64,000 nucleotides of DNA from Isosphaeraceae bacterium (GTDB lineage: Bacteria; Planctomycetota; Planctomycetia; Isosphaerales; Isosphaeraceae): assembly GCA_965201075.1 (NCBI GenBank), contig CBDAVP010000004.1, positions 186,001 through 250,000 on the forward strand, written 5' to 3'. The stretch's first letter is position 1. The number at the start of each line of letters is the position of its first letter. The notes under the pieces are model-generated. The model did not search any database and was not told the origin of the DNA. It saw nothing but the letters and a program-made list of their open reading frames with translations. Of the stretch, positions 39,394-49,308 are shown one piece after another. Position numbers and translations under genes: made by a program.

Positions 39394-40626
39394 ATGTCGG
39401 ACCAGCATCACGCCTCGGATGTCAACCGTCGGGAATTTTTGCAGACCGGCACGGCCGCAACCGCCGTCGCCGCCACGGGCATGACCCTGGCCCCCAACGA
39501 GAGCCACGCCGCTCCCCAAGCGTCGAGGATGACGCTTCCCCGACGCCCCCTGGGCAAGACGGGCGCTGAGTTGACGATTTTGAACCTGGGCACCTGGCAA
39601 AGCCCGGGCACGCCCCGCCTGCTGCGATCGGCCTACGACCGCGGCGTCCGCGTGATCGATACCGCCGACTGCTACGGGTCGGAGCCTGCCATCGCCGCCT
39701 GGCTCCAGGAGAAGCCCGAGGTCCGCAAGGAAATCTTCCTGGTCACCAAGGACCACCCTCGCCAGGGGCATGAGCAACTGATCCCTTTGCTGGACAAGCG
39801 GCTCGAAGCCCTGAAGGTGGACTCGGTCGACCTGATCTTCATCCACGGTATTGGCCCCGGCGAGTACGGACAGGCGTCGCTGAACTGGCCCAAGGACCCG
39901 GCGTTCGCCCGGACGATGGAGACGATCAAGAAGTCGGGCAAGGCGAAGTTCGTCGGGTTCTCGTGCCACGACGCCCGCCGAGCCGACTACCTGCGGGCCG
40001 CGGCCGACGGAGGCTTCGTCGACGCGATCATGCTCCAGCACACCGCCTGGCTCGACCCCGACACGGCGCTGAATAAGGCGATGGACGACTGCTGGAAGAA
40101 GGGGATCGGCCTGATCTCGATGAAGCAGGTCGCCGGCAAGCCCAACGTGCTGGACGAGGTCCCCAAACGCATCCCCGACCTCAAGAAGCAGGGACTTTCG
40201 CCCTACCAGGCGCTCTTGCACGCGATCTGGACCGACGAGCGAATCACGACCTGCTGCGTGTCGATGAGGAACCTGGACCAGATCCGCGAGAACACGATCG
40301 CCGCGACGAACTTCAAGCCGATGGAGAAGGCCGCGATCCTCCAACTGAGGGACGCGGTCATCGCCGCCGGCTCGACCCTCTGCGCCGACTGCGACGGCCG
40401 TTGTGCCAAGGCCGGCGGAACCGACGCGGCGCTGGGCGACCTGACCCGGTTCCTCACCTACTACGAAGGTCACGGAGACCGGGCCGAGGCCCTGCGACAG
40501 TACGCCGCTCTGCCCGCCGAGCAACGCAACTGGCAGGGAGCCGACCTTGAGGCCGCTCGCGAGGCGTGCCCCAGCAAGCTCGACTTCGCCCGGCTGCTGC
40601 CGAGGGTGGATTCGCAATTGGCTTGA
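39394..40626 (+). CDS. Aldo/keto reductase with Tat signal and C-terminal Cys cluster (Fe-S-like)
   Basis: NRREFLQ twin-arginine motif; RRPLGKTG, DTADCYG, TK, FIHG, GFSCH; CADCDGRC...CP. Confidence 0.88.
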   Translation: MSDQHHASDVNRREFLQTGTAATAVAATGMTLAPNESHAAPQASRMTLPRRPLGKTGAELTILNLGTWQSPGTPRLLRSAYDRGVRVIDTADCYGSEPAIAAWLQEKPEVRKEIFLVTKDHPRQGHEQLIPLLDKRLEALKVDSVDLIFIHGIGPGEYGQASLNWPKDPAFARTMETIKKSGKAKFVGFSCHDARRADYLRAAADGGFVDAIMLQHTAWLDPDTALNKAMDDCWKKGIGLISMKQVAGKPNVLDEVPKRIPDLKKQGLSPYQALLHAIWTDERITTCCVSMRNLDQIRENTIAATNFKPMEKAAILQLRDAVIAAGSTLCADCDGRCAKAGGTDAALGDLTRFLTYYEGHGDRAEALRQYAALPAEQRNWQGADLEAAREACPSKLDFARLLPRVDSQLA

Positions 40627-40747
40627 ACGGGATGGGGTGGAATGCGGCCCCCTCCTGGCTGGGTGCTGAGGTGGGGGCCTCTATTTTGATCCGAGTGAGG
40701 CGGCTCCATAAATCCGGCTTGCGTCAGCCGTACAAGACGCGACCTCT

Positions 40748-41008
40748 TTGGGCATCAAAACGATCGTCGGCGAAGGGGAATCCGTCGCCGAAGCTCTGGA
40801 ACGGTTCGAGAAACATCGCTACCTCTTCTATCGCCGGCCGTGGACCAAGCGCCGGTTCGGCTACTACGAGAAGCCGAGTGTGGTCCGCAGTCGAGAAGAC
40901 CGTCTCCGATTGATGCGGCGACGGGGCTGTGGCTGGTATCATCGGTTCCCCATCGAACTCGACGCGCAACTGAAGCGGGAAGGCCCGGCCAACACGATTG
41001 GTCAGTAG
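40748..41008 (+). CDS. Divergent ribosomal protein bS21-like protein
   Basis: TTG start; V.EGES..EAL.RF.K and YYEKPS hallmark motifs of bS21, plus a C-terminal extension. Confidence 0.6.
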   Translation: MGIKTIVGEGESVAEALERFEKHRYLFYRRPWTKRRFGYYEKPSVVRSREDRLRLMRRRGCGWYHRFPIELDAQLKREGPANTIGQ

Positions 41009-41251
41009 TGGCGGAAGAACCCAAGCCTGGGGTTGAGGCGAACTGGACACGGACCCTTTCCCCGCTCCGCCTGGTGGCCGGAATGGGGTCACCGGCTGAT
41101 CCCGAGTTCGGCGGGGCCCCCTGGAAATCGTCGAGGCGGCATGGCTCCGCCCGCTTGTCGAGGACGACTGGATGCATCGCCGGTCGGCCTTTTGGCGTGG
41201 GTGGGAGCCCAGGACCGAGGCAATTCGGATAGGGGTCAGGGAGGCCGAGCC

Positions 41252-41776
41252 ATGAGCATCGCGTCCGGCATGACGCTCTCCGAGGAAGAGGCAACGCGAA
41301 GGGACTATCTCTGGGGCGGGGAGATCGTTCGGGCGAGGACGCCCGACGAGCCCCATACGCGCGGCCTGGAACTCTTCGCCTACTTCCTCCGTGAGATTTA
41401 CCCCAGCACCGCCTACACGATCCGCACCGAATAGCCGCTGGACCTCCGCGAAGGGTATCAACCCCTGCCGGACCTGATGGTCCTGCGCGGCCCTTTGCGA
41501 ACGCGAGGCCATCGCCGTGCGACCCTGGATGAACTGATGCTGCTAGTCGAGGTCGCCGACTTGTCGCTGGCGATCGACCTCGTACCCAAGGCTCCGGAGT
41601 ACGCCGCCGCCGGCATCACCCCCTACCTCGTCGCCGGCGTACGGGGCGAGCGGGTCTTCGCCCTCAGCGACCCCGACCCGGCCGGACGCACCTATTGCAG
41701 CGTCGTCGAGTACGGGCGGGGCGACCGTTTGCCGGTGGGTGATGCGACCTTGGCCGTCGCCGACCTGTTCGATTAG
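41252..41776 (+). pseudogene. Uma2-family endonuclease with an in-frame TAG (41432-41434)
   Basis: Continuous frame: ...IRTE*PL...PLPDLMVL...LLVEVAD.S...D...K...YAAAGI..Y. Confidence 0.8.
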
Positions 41777-41797
41777 CGGGTGGTTCGGAGGGCGACA

Positions 41798-42160
41798 ATG
41801 CACTGGGATCACTTCGACCCGTTGGAACGCTGGTGGGCGGCCTCGGGTTTTTACGCCGAGTGGGTCTTCCGGCATGACCAGAAGCATCTGTACCCAATGA
41901 TCGGGTTCACCCAGTGGATCGGCTCTCAACCGTTCGCCGCGGACCTCTATCCCTGCACCTCGCTGGACAACCTCATCATCGGTCCCCGTACCGACACATA
42001 CCACGGGGGCGGTATCGTCGTTTGCATCCTCCCGGACGGGCAGTTCCAGTGCAAACTTCATGGTCGCGGGACGAAGATCCTGGTAAAGACCATCGGCCCG
42101 ATGACCTCGGCTCGGAAGATTTTCGCCTCCGCGCTCATCCGCATGGGTCTGGAAGGGTAG
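41798..42160 (+). CDS. Hypothetical protein (120 aa)
   Basis: GGAGG SD plus ATG; ORF with globular-type composition. Confidence 0.6.
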   Translation: MHWDHFDPLERWWAASGFYAEWVFRHDQKHLYPMIGFTQWIGSQPFAADLYPCTSLDNLIIGPRTDTYHGGGIVVCILPDGQFQCKLHGRGTKILVKTIGPMTSARKIFASALIRMGLEG

Positions 42161-42200
42161 TCGGAACGTTCGATGGTTCGGACTTTGAGGATGCCTGGGC

Positions 42201-42725
42201 ATGGCCCGCGACCCCGGACCGCTCCGCTTGCCGAAGGGCTGGAAGGCGCCATCGCTGGAGGCTCGCGAGTCGCTACGCCAGGAGCTTCAACGCGAATTGC
42301 CGACGGGCCACCCCCTCGACGACCGCCCCATCGTGGTCCTGGCGCAGCGGGCCGGCACCGACGACACCCTGGTCCGCCACCTCGGCGAGCCGGACCATCT
42401 CACCGTCGTCCACCTGAACTGGGCCGGACGCCGCGAGACCTGCCCGGAATTCCCCTCGATCGATTTCGACGGCACCTTCGAGGAGTTCCTCGCCCACCAG
42501 CGGAGAAGGAAGACTCGCGCCAAGTTCGCGGCCCGCGATCGGAAACACCGGTCGACGGGCCGCGTCAACGGTTGGATGATCTTCACATCCTCCCCGGTCA
42601 TGGGAGCAATCATATTGCTGAGATCGCGAAATGGGTGGGAATTCGCGTGCGGCGCGATGGTCACGGTCTTCGGCTTGGTCGTTGGGTCCTGGGCAATCGA
42701 CAGGGCGGAGCGGCCCCATCGGTGA
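42201..42725 (+). CDS. Hypothetical protein, immunity-protein-like domain plus C-terminal TM segments
   Basis: EL.RELP.GHPL...DD.L...VVHL.W pattern; hydrophobic C-terminus. Confidence 0.6.
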   Translation: MARDPGPLRLPKGWKAPSLEARESLRQELQRELPTGHPLDDRPIVVLAQRAGTDDTLVRHLGEPDHLTVVHLNWAGRRETCPEFPSIDFDGTFEEFLAHQRRRKTRAKFAARDRKHRSTGRVNGWMIFTSSPVMGAIILLRSRNGWEFACGAMVTVFGLVVGSWAIDRAERPHR

Positions 42726-42771
42726 ATCGCCGTGGCGTGGATGTCCCCTTGAACGGGTTGGGGAGGTGGGG

Positions 42772-43116
42772 GTGTCTCGTTTCCTGATGGCGCCCGTGCT
42801 GGCTTACGCCGGGCTTACCGCGTCCTACTGGGGACACTTGACGCGGATCACCCCAGCCCCGCCGGGCACCTTGAGGTGCGGGAATGTCTTGATCGATCCC
42901 TTGAATTCGCTCCTCAACGTCATCGGTCCGGCCGCAGCGGCGTGCGTCATCCTGTTGGTCCGCCGCTCGGCGCGGGAGCATCGCTGGCGAGCCACCGCGA
43001 TCGCCGCCTTGGTGACTTTCGCCGCCACGTCCGCCAGCCTCGCCTGGATCGTGCAACGCCTTTGCGGCGATTTCGGCCTTCCCCTGTGTTCTGTCTGGTG
43101 GATGCCCTGGCGATGA
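42772..43116 (+). CDS. Small membrane protein
   Basis: GGAGG SD plus GTG; about three hydrophobic segments. Confidence 0.5.
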   Translation: MSRFLMAPVLAYAGLTASYWGHLTRITPAPPGTLRCGNVLIDPLNSLLNVIGPAAAACVILLVRRSAREHRWRATAIAALVTFAATSASLAWIVQRLCGDFGLPLCSVWWMPWR

Positions 43117-43227
43117 ACCCTTGGGGCCACGAGGGTCAGGCCTCCTTCGCTTGATCCTGGACGTGCTGACGCCTACGATCCTTTTCAGGGCGTGGGCTTG
43201 GAACGCCACGTCCCGGGAGGGTCGCCC

Positions 43228-44406
43228 TTGCCCGCGCCGGTCTACCTAGACAACCATGCGACCACCCGGACCGACCCGCGCGTCGTTTCGGCGATGCTGC
43301 CGTACTTCACCGAGGTTTACGGCAACGCGGCCAGTGTCCACCGTTTCGGAGAGCGCGCCGAGGAGGCCGTAGATCGCGCCCGCGCCCAGGTCGCCTCGGC
43401 GATCGGGGCCGAGGCTCGCGAGGTCATCTTTACCTCGGGGGCGACCGAGGCCAACAATTTGGCGATCAAGGGGTCGGCCGACTACCTGCGACGCAAGGGG
43501 AACCACCTCGTCACCGCCGCCTCGGAGCATGAGGCCGTCCTCGGCCCGATGAACCGCCTGGCGGCCGAGGGTTGGGACTTGACCGTCGTTTCGCCCGACG
43601 CCGACGGACTGGTCTCGGCCGAGACGATCGCCTCGGCGTTGACCGACCGCACGGTCTTGGTGTCGGTCATGGCCGCCAACAACGAGGTCGGCACCCTCAA
43701 CCCGATCCGCGCCATCGGCCAGCTCTGCCACGACCGGGGCATCACCTTCCACACCGACGCGACCCAGGCCGTGGGCAAGGTCCCGCTCGACGTCCAGTCC
43801 GATCACGTCGACCTGTTGAGCCTCTCGGCCCACAAGCTGTATGGTCCCAAAGGGGTTGGCGCTTTATATGTGCGTCGGCGGTCGCCCCAGGTACGAGTGG
43901 CCCCCCTGTTCGACGGCGGCGGCCACGAGCGCGGGATGCGTAGCGGCACGGTTCCGGTGCCGTTGGTGGTGGGGCTGGGCGAGGCGATCGAGCTGGCCGT
44001 CCGCGAAAGGCCCGAGGAGTCGGCGCGGCTGCTGGCCCTGCGGGAACGGCTGCACGCGGGAATCGCCGAGCGGGTCGAGGGAATCCACCTCAACGGCCAT
44101 CCAACCTTGCGGCTGCCGGGGAACCTGAACCTGAGCTTCGACTACGTTGACGGCGAGGCGTTGATGCTGGCGATGGGGGACGTGGCGGTCAGCTCGGGAG
44201 CCGCATGCACCTCGGCCGACCCAGCGCCCAGCCACGTCCTCAGGGCGATGGGCCGCGACGACGACCTGGCCCGCGCCAGTCTGAGGTTCGGCCTGGGCCG
44301 GTTCACCACCGCTGAGGAGATAGCTTATGCGATCGACCGGGTCGCCCACGCCGTCGCCCGCCTGCGGCCGCACAGCGCGGCGTGGGCCGGGCGTCAGAGG
44401 ACTTGA
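43228..44406 (+). CDS. iscS: Cysteine desulfurase (IscS/NifS group I)
   Basis: [41 protein letters not shown] plus TTG start. Confidence 0.93.
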   Translation: MPAPVYLDNHATTRTDPRVVSAMLPYFTEVYGNAASVHRFGERAEEAVDRARAQVASAIGAEAREVIFTSGATEANNLAIKGSADYLRRKGNHLVTAASEHEAVLGPMNRLAAEGWDLTVVSPDADGLVSAETIASALTDRTVLVSVMAANNEVGTLNPIRAIGQLCHDRGITFHTDATQAVGKVPLDVQSDHVDLLSLSAHKLYGPKGVGALYVRRRSPQVRVAPLFDGGGHERGMRSGTVPVPLVVGLGEAIELAVRERPEESARLLALRERLHAGIAERVEGIHLNGHPTLRLPGNLNLSFDYVDGEALMLAMGDVAVSSGAACTSADPAPSHVLRAMGRDDDLARASLRFGLGRFTTAEEIAYAIDRVAHAVARLRPHSAAWAGRQRT

Positions 44407-44424
44407 AGTCGTGAGGTCACAGGA

Positions 44425-44725
44425 TCACGGCAACCTCTTACGCCATCTTCGAGGGTCGCGAGATGTGTGGAAAACGCAGTAAATTGTGACCGTCTCGTCG
44501 GCATAATCGTAGAAAACCGCATAGGGAAGTTTGCGTACAAGGGCCCGCCGATAGTTCCCGTGGAACAGGGCGTACAAATCGGGGCATCTTTCGGATCATG
44601 GCGATGCAAGCCTCGACCCAGCCGAGGAAGTCTTCGCCCCGACCGAGCCGCTGAGATTCGTACCAGGCGTAAGCGTCAACAAGATCGGCTCTGGCCTCGG
44701 GAGTGACGATCAATTCAACGGCCAT
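44425..44725 (-). pseudogene. ParE/RelE-family toxin with a +1 frameshift in a C4 run (44581-44584)
   Basis: PEARADL.DA..WYE then, after removing one base, MPDLY...YRRALVRKLPYAVFY...VFHTSRDPRRW. Confidence 0.8.
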
Positions 44726-44939
44726 AGCGTTGACGAATGCTACGCTTGACCTCGTCCCAGGATAGGCCGGATTCTGGGTGGGTTAGGAGGTTGGCCTTTC
44801 GCCGCTCGAGTTCCTGGATCTGCCATTCGTGGATCGGGACGTCCTCGGGATTCGCGGCCAAATCGTCCCAGAGATCCTCCACGAGTTGCATTTTCTCCGA
44901 AGGGCTGAGGTCGAAGACAATCGCCAGTTTGGGATCCAT
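44715..44939 (-). CDS. Addiction-module antitoxin (TIGR02574-like)
   Basis: LSPSEKMQLVEDLWDDL...ELERR...SWDEVK; overlaps the toxin start. Confidence 0.85.
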   Translation of the reverse strand: MDPKLAIVFDLSPSEKMQLVEDLWDDLAANPEDVPIHEWQIQELERRKANLLTHPESGLSWDEVKRSIRQRYGR

Positions 44940-45073
44940 GAACGAACGCTCCAATAGCCCATCGCGGCGATCAAATCCCCCTGGTTTTGTCCAGGGATGT
45001 AAGGGTCGTGGCGGAATTGACGTGTTCCACGTTAATGGAACGAGGCTCTCGATCCCAGACCAATCTCATCCGT

Positions 45074-47254
45074 CTACCGCGATGGCCCACCCCCGGAAGT
45101 GGTGGCTACGGCCGGGCGGATCGGGTCGGTGGCGGAGAGTTCCCTGGCCATGTTCTGGAACTCGACCTGCGAGCGGACCGCCGGCTCCCCTTCGGCCGGT
45201 CCCAATCGGACATAGGTCCCGTCGGACTGCATGATCCGGGCCTTGACATTGTCGGAGAGGGTCACTCCGAGGATTCCGTCGACGACCCGGTTCTGGAGGC
45301 GGGGGTCCTCGATGGGGAACATCGCCTCGACCCGGCGCCGGAAGTTGCGCGGCATCCAGTCGGCCGAGGAGAGGAAGACCTCGGGCGACTCGTCGTTCTG
45401 GAAGTAGGCGATGCGCGAGTGTTCCAGGAACTTGTCGACGATGCTGAGGACGCGGATGTTTTCGGAGACGCCCGGCACTCCCGGCCGCAGGCAGCAGATG
45501 CCCCGGATGATCAGGTCGATGCGGACTCCCGCCTTGGAAGCGCAGTACAGGGCCTCGATCGCGCCGGGGTCGACCAGCGAATTCATCTTGGCGATGATCC
45601 GCGCGGGGCGGCCGGCCTCGGCGTGCTCGCGCTCGCGGTCGATCAGGGCGATGACCCGGTCGGCCAGGTGCATCGGCGCGACGATCAGCTTGCGCCAGCC
45701 CTGGCCAGTGGAGTAACCCGTCAAGAGGTTGAACAGGGCGCTGGCGTCCTCGCCGAAGTCGGGCCGACAGGTGAACAGGCCCAGGTCGGTGTAGACCCGG
45801 GCGGTTGTCGGGTTGTAGTTGCCGGTGGCCAGGTGGACGTATCGGCGAATGCCATCGTGCTCCCGACGCACCACCAGCGCCGCCTTGCAGTGGGTTTTCA
45901 AGCCCACCATGCCATAAACGACATGGACGCCCGCCTTCTGGAGCATGCGGGCCTTGACGATGTTGTTCTCCTCGTCGAGCCTCGCCTGCAACTCGACCAG
46001 GGCCGTGACCTGCTTGCCATTCTCGGCGGCTCTCGCCAGCGCGGTGATGATCGGGTTGTCGTCGGCGGTGCGGTAGAGGGTCTGCTTGATCGCCAGCACC
46101 TGCGGGTCGTCGGCCGCCTGCTCGATGAACTGGACCACCGCTCCGAACGATTCGTAAGGGTGATGGACCAGCAGATCCTGGTCGCGGATGGCCGAGAAGA
46201 TGTTCGAACGGCTGATCAGAGGGGCGGGCATCTGGGGCTCGTAGGACGGCTCCTTCAGCTCGCGGAACCCCTCGATCCGGCACAGAGACACCAGGGCCGT
46301 CAGGTCAACCGGGCCGGGGACTCGGAAGATGTCGCGCTCGTCCAGGTCGAGCGCCCCGGCCGAGGTCAGTTGGGCCAGGAACGCCTCGTCGGCCGCGTCG
46401 ACAATCTCCAACCGCACCGCGGCCCCCCACTTGCGCATGCGGAGGGTTTCCTGGATCGTCGAAAGCAGGCTCGTCTGGACCTCGATCTCCTGGATGGTGA
46501 AGTCGCTGTTGCGCGTCACGCGGAACGACGCACGCGCCGCGACCTTGAACCCGCCGAACAGCGCATCGAGGCGGGGGCCGATGACGTCCTCCAGCAAGAC
46601 GAACCGACGCCGGCCGTCGTCCTCGTCCGGCAGCGGTACCAAGCGGCTGAGGACCGAGGGGACCTGAAGCACCGCGAACAGGGGGCGGGCCAGATCCTGC
46701 GCGGCCGACTCGATCCGCAGGATCAGGTTGAGGCTCTTGTTGTGCAGGTGGGGGAACGGGTGCGACGGGTCGATCGCCAGGGGGGTCAGGACCGGGTAGA
46801 CCTGGGTATCGAAATAGCGGTCCAGATAGGAGTTCTGCTCCCCGTCAAGGTCGTCGGACCCGCACAGGAGAATGCCCCGCTCGGCGAGTTCCGGGCGGAG
46901 TTCGCGGTTCCAGGTGTCGTACTGGAGGGCGACAAACTCATGGGTGCGCCGGGCGATCTCGACGAGTTGGGTCAGGGGCCCCATCCCCTCGGGGGGAATG
47001 TCCTGGGGCTCCAGGCTGTCGTAAAGCTGAGCTTGGAGGCCGGCGACGCGAACCTCGAAGTATTCGTCGAGGTTGGACGCCGAGATCGCCAGGAACCGGA
47101 GGCGGTCCAGCAAGGGAACCGTGGGGTCCTTGGCTTCCTCCAGCACACGCTCATCGAAGGCCAGCCAGCTCAGCTCTCGGTTGAGGTAGAGGGCGGGGTC
47201 GGGGCCCGAGGCGGTTCGGGCGGAGGGGGCACCGTTCAGGACGGTCTCGAGCAT
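45074..47254 (-). CDS. ppk1: Polyphosphate kinase 1
   Basis: NRELSWLAF, NLDEYFEVR, HPFP, HHPYESF, KQTLYR, KTHCK, TGNYN, LEHSR, SADWMPRN. Confidence 0.97.
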   Translation of the reverse strand: MLETVLNGAPSARTASGPDPALYLNRELSWLAFDERVLEEAKDPTVPLLDRLRFLAISASNLDEYFEVRVAGLQAQLYDSLEPQDIPPEGMGPLTQLVEIARRTHEFVALQYDTWNRELRPELAERGILLCGSDDLDGEQNSYLDRYFDTQVYPVLTPLAIDPSHPFPHLHNKSLNLILRIESAAQDLARPLFAVLQVPSVLSRLVPLPDEDDGRRRFVLLEDVIGPRLDALFGGFKVAARASFRVTRNSDFTIQEIEVQTSLLSTIQETLRMRKWGAAVRLEIVDAADEAFLAQLTSAGALDLDERDIFRVPGPVDLTALVSLCRIEGFRELKEPSYEPQMPAPLISRSNIFSAIRDQDLLVHHPYESFGAVVQFIEQAADDPQVLAIKQTLYRTADDNPIITALARAAENGKQVTALVELQARLDEENNIVKARMLQKAGVHVVYGMVGLKTHCKAALVVRREHDGIRRYVHLATGNYNPTTARVYTDLGLFTCRPDFGEDASALFNLLTGYSTGQGWRKLIVAPMHLADRVIALIDREREHAEAGRPARIIAKMNSLVDPGAIEALYCASKAGVRIDLIIRGICCLRPGVPGVSENIRVLSIVDKFLEHSRIAYFQNDESPEVFLSSADWMPRNFRRRVEAMFPIEDPRLQNRVVDGILGVTLSDNVKARIMQSDGTYVRLGPAEGEPAVRSQVEFQNMARELSATDPIRPAVATTSGGGPSR

Positions 47255-47305
47255 CGGACAATTTCCCGGGTTCACTGACCTTGACGACGTTCGACAGACA
47301 CCGGC

Positions 47306-47914
47306 TCAGCCAGCTTCCTGGGCGCTCACGACGACGCGACGACGACCATTCGCGACGTCTTTGAGCAACAATTCTCGAGCCTCCGCGTAGGTTTTGCCTT
47401 GACCCACGGCGATCCGGCCGGATTGTTTGTTCCACGCACGCAAGTAACAAGCCGACCCGGAGGGCTCGCACCAGGCATCGCCATCCCAGCCTTCCGGGAG
47501 AACCGGCCCTTGCGTCATGGGATCGGGGACGTACTGAGGTGGAGGGGAGTCGATCCCCAATAAATGCCGATGCACGGCGAGGCTCCTGGTGGACTGGTTC
47601 GCGAACGGGTCACGCTCCACGCGGTCGCGGATCGAGGATAATCGCCAATCTCCCGACCCGATCGCCTCCCGATCGACGCACCGCGTCGCGCGTGTCGAGA
47701 GCGCTCGCAACGTCGTTCCGGTGGGACCCATGCTTCGATTGGAGATCACCTCTCCTTCCATGTCCAGGATCGAGGCGAGGTCTGGCCCGATCTCCAGGAG
47801 GCAACGTTGTGGAGGAATAAAGTCAGGGCCTCCCTCGATCGGGCCAACGAAGAGGGTTCGTCCATCCTTGAACTGAAAAATCTCTTTGACTCGCATCTGA
47901 AAGGGGTCGATCAC
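47306..47914 (-). CDS. Two-domain hypothetical protein, candidate immunity/antitoxin; internal in-frame start at 47575
   Basis: GTG right after the upstream stop with GGAGG SD; beta-rich N-domain (VKEIFQFKDGRTLFVG); internal AGGAG-N7-GTG; C-domain GQGKTYAEAR. Confidence 0.6.
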   Translation of the reverse strand: MIDPFQMRVKEIFQFKDGRTLFVGPIEGGPDFIPPQRCLLEIGPDLASILDMEGEVISNRSMGPTGTTLRALSTRATRCVDREAIGSGDWRLSSIRDRVERDPFANQSTRSLAVHRHLLGIDSPPPQYVPDPMTQGPVLPEGWDGDAWCEPSGSACYLRAWNKQSGRIAVGQGKTYAEARELLLKDVANGRRRVVVSAQEAG

Positions 47915-47915
47915 G

Positions 47916-48293
47916 TCAGCCCTCCCCCAGAAGTTGTTCCAGGACCCGGACATCGCCGGCTTCGAGCCGCAACAGCCGTCGATGACGGATCATAAACCTC
48001 TTGACGTGAACTTCGGCTGCATGAAGGCCACGCTTCTTGATGACCTTCGCCCGGTATTGTGTCCCGTGAAGGAACTCTTCCCAAATTTCGATCAAACGGA
48101 CGTCTTCCTGTACGATGATGTGGTCCATTCGTGTGTCATTCACACAAGCGTTGGCCCCCATGGTCCGAAGGTATCGAAGTTCTTCCGAACCTTCCTCGGC
48201 GATGAGGATCGTCCGGCTTTTCTCCCTCATTCGCTCCAGGAGCGCCGCGGTCGCCCTTGAAGGGCCCCTGGGAGGTTCCGAGGGGGGAGTCAT
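47916..48293 (-). CDS. Small protein with EExxHxxQ motif, resembling a polymorphic-toxin metallopeptidase tip
   Basis: IWEEFLHGTQ...AEVHVKRFMIRHRRLL; ATGA overlap with the nfo stop; lower GC. Confidence 0.6.
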   Translation of the reverse strand: MTPPSEPPRGPSRATAALLERMREKSRTILIAEEGSEELRYLRTMGANACVNDTRMDHIIVQEDVRLIEIWEEFLHGTQYRAKVIKKRGLHAAEVHVKRFMIRHRRLLRLEAGDVRVLEQLLGEG

Positions 48294-49174
48294 TCCGGAC
48301 CGTCCCGAACCGTGGCCTCGTCGCGGAGCCGCCGCAGGGTCGCGAGGTTCAGGGCGTCCAGGGCGACACCGTCCTCGGTCCCCTTGGGTGTTTCCAGAAT
48401 CATGGGGACATCGGCGAAGCGGGGGTCGTTGACGACGTGGCGAAACGGTTCCAGGCCCATCAGGCCCCGGCCGATGCCGGCGTGGCGGTCGACCCGGCTG
48501 CCCAGCCCCTTGAGGCTGTCGTTGAGGTGCAGGACGCGGACCCGTCCGGGGCCCACGGCCGCCTCCAGCGATCCGAGGGTCTCATTGTACTGCTCGGGCG
48601 TCTCCAGGGGATACCCCGCCGCGAAGACGTGGCAGGTGTCCATGCAGACACTCAAACGCTCAGGGTCGGCGACCTGGTCGAAAATGGCCCCCAGGTGCTC
48701 GAAGCGATGCCCCAGGCAACTCCCCTGCCCCGCGGTCGTTTCCAGGGCAATGCGCAGCGCCACGCCCGGGGTGGCCTGGTGGACGCGATCGAGCCCGGCG
48801 GCGATCCGGGCCAGCCCCGCCGCCTCGCCCGAGCCGACATGCGCTCCCGGATGCGCCACCAGGTCGGACAGCCCCAGGGCCTCCGCTCGCTCGACCTCAA
48901 CAACCATCGCGGCGATCGACTTTTCCCAAAGGGCATCGTCTGGGCTAGCCAGGTTGATGAGGTAAGAGTTGTGGCCCACCGCGTCGGCCACGCCCGAGTC
49001 GGCCAGGGCGGTTTTGAACGCGGCCACGTGGGCGTCGGTCAGCGCCGCGGCCCGCCACTGGTTGTTGGACTTGGTGAAGACCTGGACCGAGGCGAAGCCA
49101 ACTCCCTGGGCCGCGCGGACGGCTCGGTCGTGGCCGCCGGCGATGGACATGTGGGCGCCGAACTTCCGGGACAT
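48290..49174 (-). CDS. nfo: Endonuclease IV
   Basis: GAHMSIAGG, H.SYLINL, HPG, LETTAGQG, DTCH, HLNDS, DRH, ILETP. Confidence 0.96.
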   Translation of the reverse strand: MSRKFGAHMSIAGGHDRAVRAAQGVGFASVQVFTKSNNQWRAAALTDAHVAAFKTALADSGVADAVGHNSYLINLASPDDALWEKSIAAMVVEVERAEALGLSDLVAHPGAHVGSGEAAGLARIAAGLDRVHQATPGVALRIALETTAGQGSCLGHRFEHLGAIFDQVADPERLSVCMDTCHVFAAGYPLETPEQYNETLGSLEAAVGPGRVRVLHLNDSLKGLGSRVDRHAGIGRGLMGLEPFRHVVNDPRFADVPMILETPKGTEDGVALDALNLATLRRLRDEATVRDGPE

Positions 49175-49229
49175 GGGTCTGCCTCCTTGCCGACGGGGGG
49201 GCAATCTGGCGACGCCTCTTCGCGGCGTC

Positions 49230-49259
49230 TTGCCGGGGTCTTCCCGGCCCTTTTACAAT
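49230..49259 (+). promoter_or_regulatory. Putative sigma-70 promoter
   Basis: TTGCCG-N18-TACAAT, 50 nt upstream of ATG 49309. Confidence 0.5.
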
Positions 49260-49308
49260 CAGGGGGGGACGGTCGACAACCCAACCGACCAGGCCGGGGG
49301 CACGGACG

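Noticed and set aside
40627..43190. Integron cassette array
   Set aside because: Small co-oriented genes, but no attC-like repeated palindromes (only a 9-bp tggttcgga match) and no integrase
44959..45085. Inverted repeat ccatcgcgg/ccgcgatgg as MITE ends
   Set aside because: Only 9 bp, GC-rich, expected by chance; no target duplication seen
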